Source: the human T2T-CHM13v2.0 reference genome, Homo sapiens
Assembly (NCBI RefSeq): GCF_009914755.1
Contig: NC_060929.1
Direction: 5' to 3' (one strand)
Length of the DNA: 64,000 bases
Numbering within the stretch: position 1 is the first letter of the stretch; the number at the start of each line of letters is the position of its first letter. The position numbers and the translations under genes are program-made. Below, piece after piece: positions 61,151 through 64,000 of this stretch. Under the pieces are notes generated by a model. The model was given only the letters and a program-made list of their open reading frames with translations, was not told the origin of the DNA and made no database searches.

Positions 61151-61759
61151 ACACATACCTAGATGCCAGTACTTCTATAAAATAAACTAAAGATGCTGCA
61201 AGAATAACAGGTGACATATTCTTACTGCCAAAATACTATGTCCAAAACAGTATTTCATGAGGAAATGTTCATGGAACACTACTGTTTATCCAGTACAACA
61301 TTCTAGGTATTCAACAGATTGCACCTTCAAAGCATAGCCAATAATTGGTTATATTAACTTATTGTTTAAAAGAAGACATTTATTATTCTGCAATGATAAT
61401 GCTTATTAATATGCTAGTACATCATTCTCAAAATATCAAAGAATTAAATCAACAGGAAACAAATAAAGAAAATACAAATGTGTGTTTTATTAAGTCTAGA
61501 CTGGAGAATTGAACCCAGCAAGAAAATATCATAAATAATATGAAATCATGTATTTAATTAGATTTTATATGTTTTTAATTTTGTTTAATGTAATTTTATA
61601 AATTGATTTTGCATTGAAAATTATATAAAGAAGGAATTTACAAACAGGTTGTTACAGCATATAATTAAAATTATTTTAAAATTCATGTCAACATAAGTAC
61701 ATGAGAATTTTATTTTCCATGAAAAGATATCCCAATATTATTAAAGTTGGAATACATTA

Positions 61760-62283
61760 TACAGTAAATGGCACAAATGTTCACATATTCATCTTACCCC
61801 TCAATATACATTCTTTGAAATATGACTGTGACTTTAGTGTGTTTCCTATCAAGAAATAATGCCTATTTCTTCACTACTTTGAATTTGAGCTTACCTTGTT
61901 ACTTTTTTAGACCAACAGAGTGCCACAGAAGTGATGTAGCAAGACTTTTGAAACCAATTTTAAAGACATTTTTATCTTGGCTCTCACCTACTTGTTGCTC
62001 TGAAAGAGCTATGAAAAGCCCTGTGCAGTCTCTGTAAGGATAAGAGACCTCATGGATAGAATGGCTCAGTGAAGTGTCAGCATCAAACACTACACATGTG
62101 AATGAGCCAATGTTAGATAATATACCACATTATCATGGCAGATTCATCAATGAACCTAGCCGAGACAACCAGAAGAACTTCCCAGCTGAGCACAGCACAG
62201 CCAAAATATCTGACCCACAAATTTGTGAGAAAATTAAATACTTGTTTTAAATTTTGGGATACCCAACAATAGATAATTCAGGC
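61760..62283 (+). mobile_element. MLT1G/H-like MaLR solo LTR
   Basis: cctatcaagaaat...ttgaatttgagctt...gaccaacagagtgccacagaagtgatg...cccagctgagc...caatagataattca. Confidence 0.7.
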
Positions 62284-62368
62284 ACTCTGTTTTATGATTA
62301 TGTGAAATTATATCAAAATTGCCATTTTAAAATCATTATTTTGCAATAAACATATAAATAAATAACGA

Positions 62369-62708
<340 letters not shown>

Positions 62709-63769
62709 TTAAGGTTTAGAGTTAGACTGAAAGTGCTATAAAGCTATTTGTAAATTTATTTTTACCAGTTTAATTTACTATCATAAAGTTTTAAAATAAA
62801 GATATTTTCCCTTCATTCATCATTCTTTTATTCATACATTATCAGTTGTATTTTCAACGATAAAGTAGAATACAAGTCTATTAAAATATGACTGACAGCA
62901 CTTTAAATAAAACATTAGGTTAAAAAGAATGACAGTTTTAAATGTAGAAAATGAGTGTGCAAATTAATTACACAGCCTAATGAACCTGATTACCATGCAT
63001 TTCGCTTTCAGTAGGTATGCAAAAGGAAAGATTATTGATGGGGTGGGGAAGGTGTGAGCAAATGTCTAAGATTGATTTGGTTCTAAGAATTAATTTTTTA
63101 TTTAAAATATTGTCTAGCTAATGAAAGTGATTGTTTCTAAATTCTCACCAAGTCAAATCACTTAAAAAATAGTGTGGTCTAAGCCCTAAACATAGGTATT
63201 GAGTGTGTACCTACAAATGACTATTTGTATATTGCAATTTAATGTATCTCTGTAATAGTTCCATGCACGTATGAAAAAAATACTTATTTTTTTAAGATAA
63301 ACACATATTTACATATTTCAAAAATATTTTTCAAAACAGTGGTTATCTTTTTAAACCATAATTATTCTAATATTATGAGCATATGTTTAAAAAGTAAATA
63401 CAATAGAATAAAAGTGAATAGAATGCATTGTACTCATTTTCTATGCATATTTTCATCAAACTTTCTCCACATTTACTGCATATGCCTATGAGGGTGTGTT
63501 TGTACATATGTAGTGCAATGAATTTCAAAGTGCTCGGATTAGAGAAAAATAATCATAAATTTACATTTGAATTTCAATCTATTAAAATACATAAGATATG
63601 GCCAAAGCAAAAATGAGACAAAATAAATGGAAAAAATATTTTATCATAAAATATAAAAATTTTATGAGGTAAGTATTTAATTCAAGAAGCTGAAAAATAG
63701 AAAATAGCAACTCAAGAAAAGTATGTGAAATGGTTAATGAAGCTAAAAACACAACTTTTATTTTGCTTT

Positions 63770-64000
63770 TTTAATTATTATTATTATTATTATTTTGAGA
63801 CAGAATCTTGCTCTGTTGCCCAGGCTGGAGTGCAGTGGTTCTTTCATAGCTCACTGCCACCTCGGTCTCCTTAGCTCAAGCATCCCCCGACAAGTAGCTG
63901 AGACTTCAAGTAAACACCACCAAAGCTGGCTAATTTTTATATTTTTAAAAATTTTTAGCAGAGATAAGGTCTTGCTATATCATCCAGGCTGGTTTCAAAC
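63770..64000 (-). mobile_element. AluJ (old), cut by window end
   Basis: (TAT)n tail, gagacagaatcttgctctgttgcccaggctggagtgcagtgg..tcatagctcactg, ggtcttgctat. Confidence 0.92.

Overview
AT-rich, repeat-dense primate (most likely human) non-coding DNA, either gene desert or deep intron. I find no credible cellular protein-coding exon, tRNA, rRNA or CRISPR array. Nearly every long ORF in the track comes from a transposon. Main contents: a doubly deleted HERV-L provirus with MLT2A1-type LTRs (pro, RT, IN and dUTPase remnants, 5576-8861); solo LTRs (MSTA/THE1D, MER50, MER52, MER77, several MLT1); a near-complete Tigger4/Zombi DNA transposon; MER8, two MER1A and a MADE1; two long ancient L1s (L1MC- and L1MB-type) plus several L1 3' ends; about 11 Alu/FLAM copies; MIR/L2 relics; and microsatellites. 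Subfamily names come from recalled consensus sequences, not a database search. I do not see a new gene system. The best unexplained signal is a recurring set of template-switch scars, i.e. inverted, locally templated insertions at junctions. These include a perfect 39-bp inverted copy taken from ~1.35 kb away inside an ancient L1, an inverted piece of the deleted HERV-L pol placed at the gag deletion, and an inverted patch at the Tigger4 deletion. There is also a twin-primed L1MA and a very young 5'-truncated AluYa5-like insertion.
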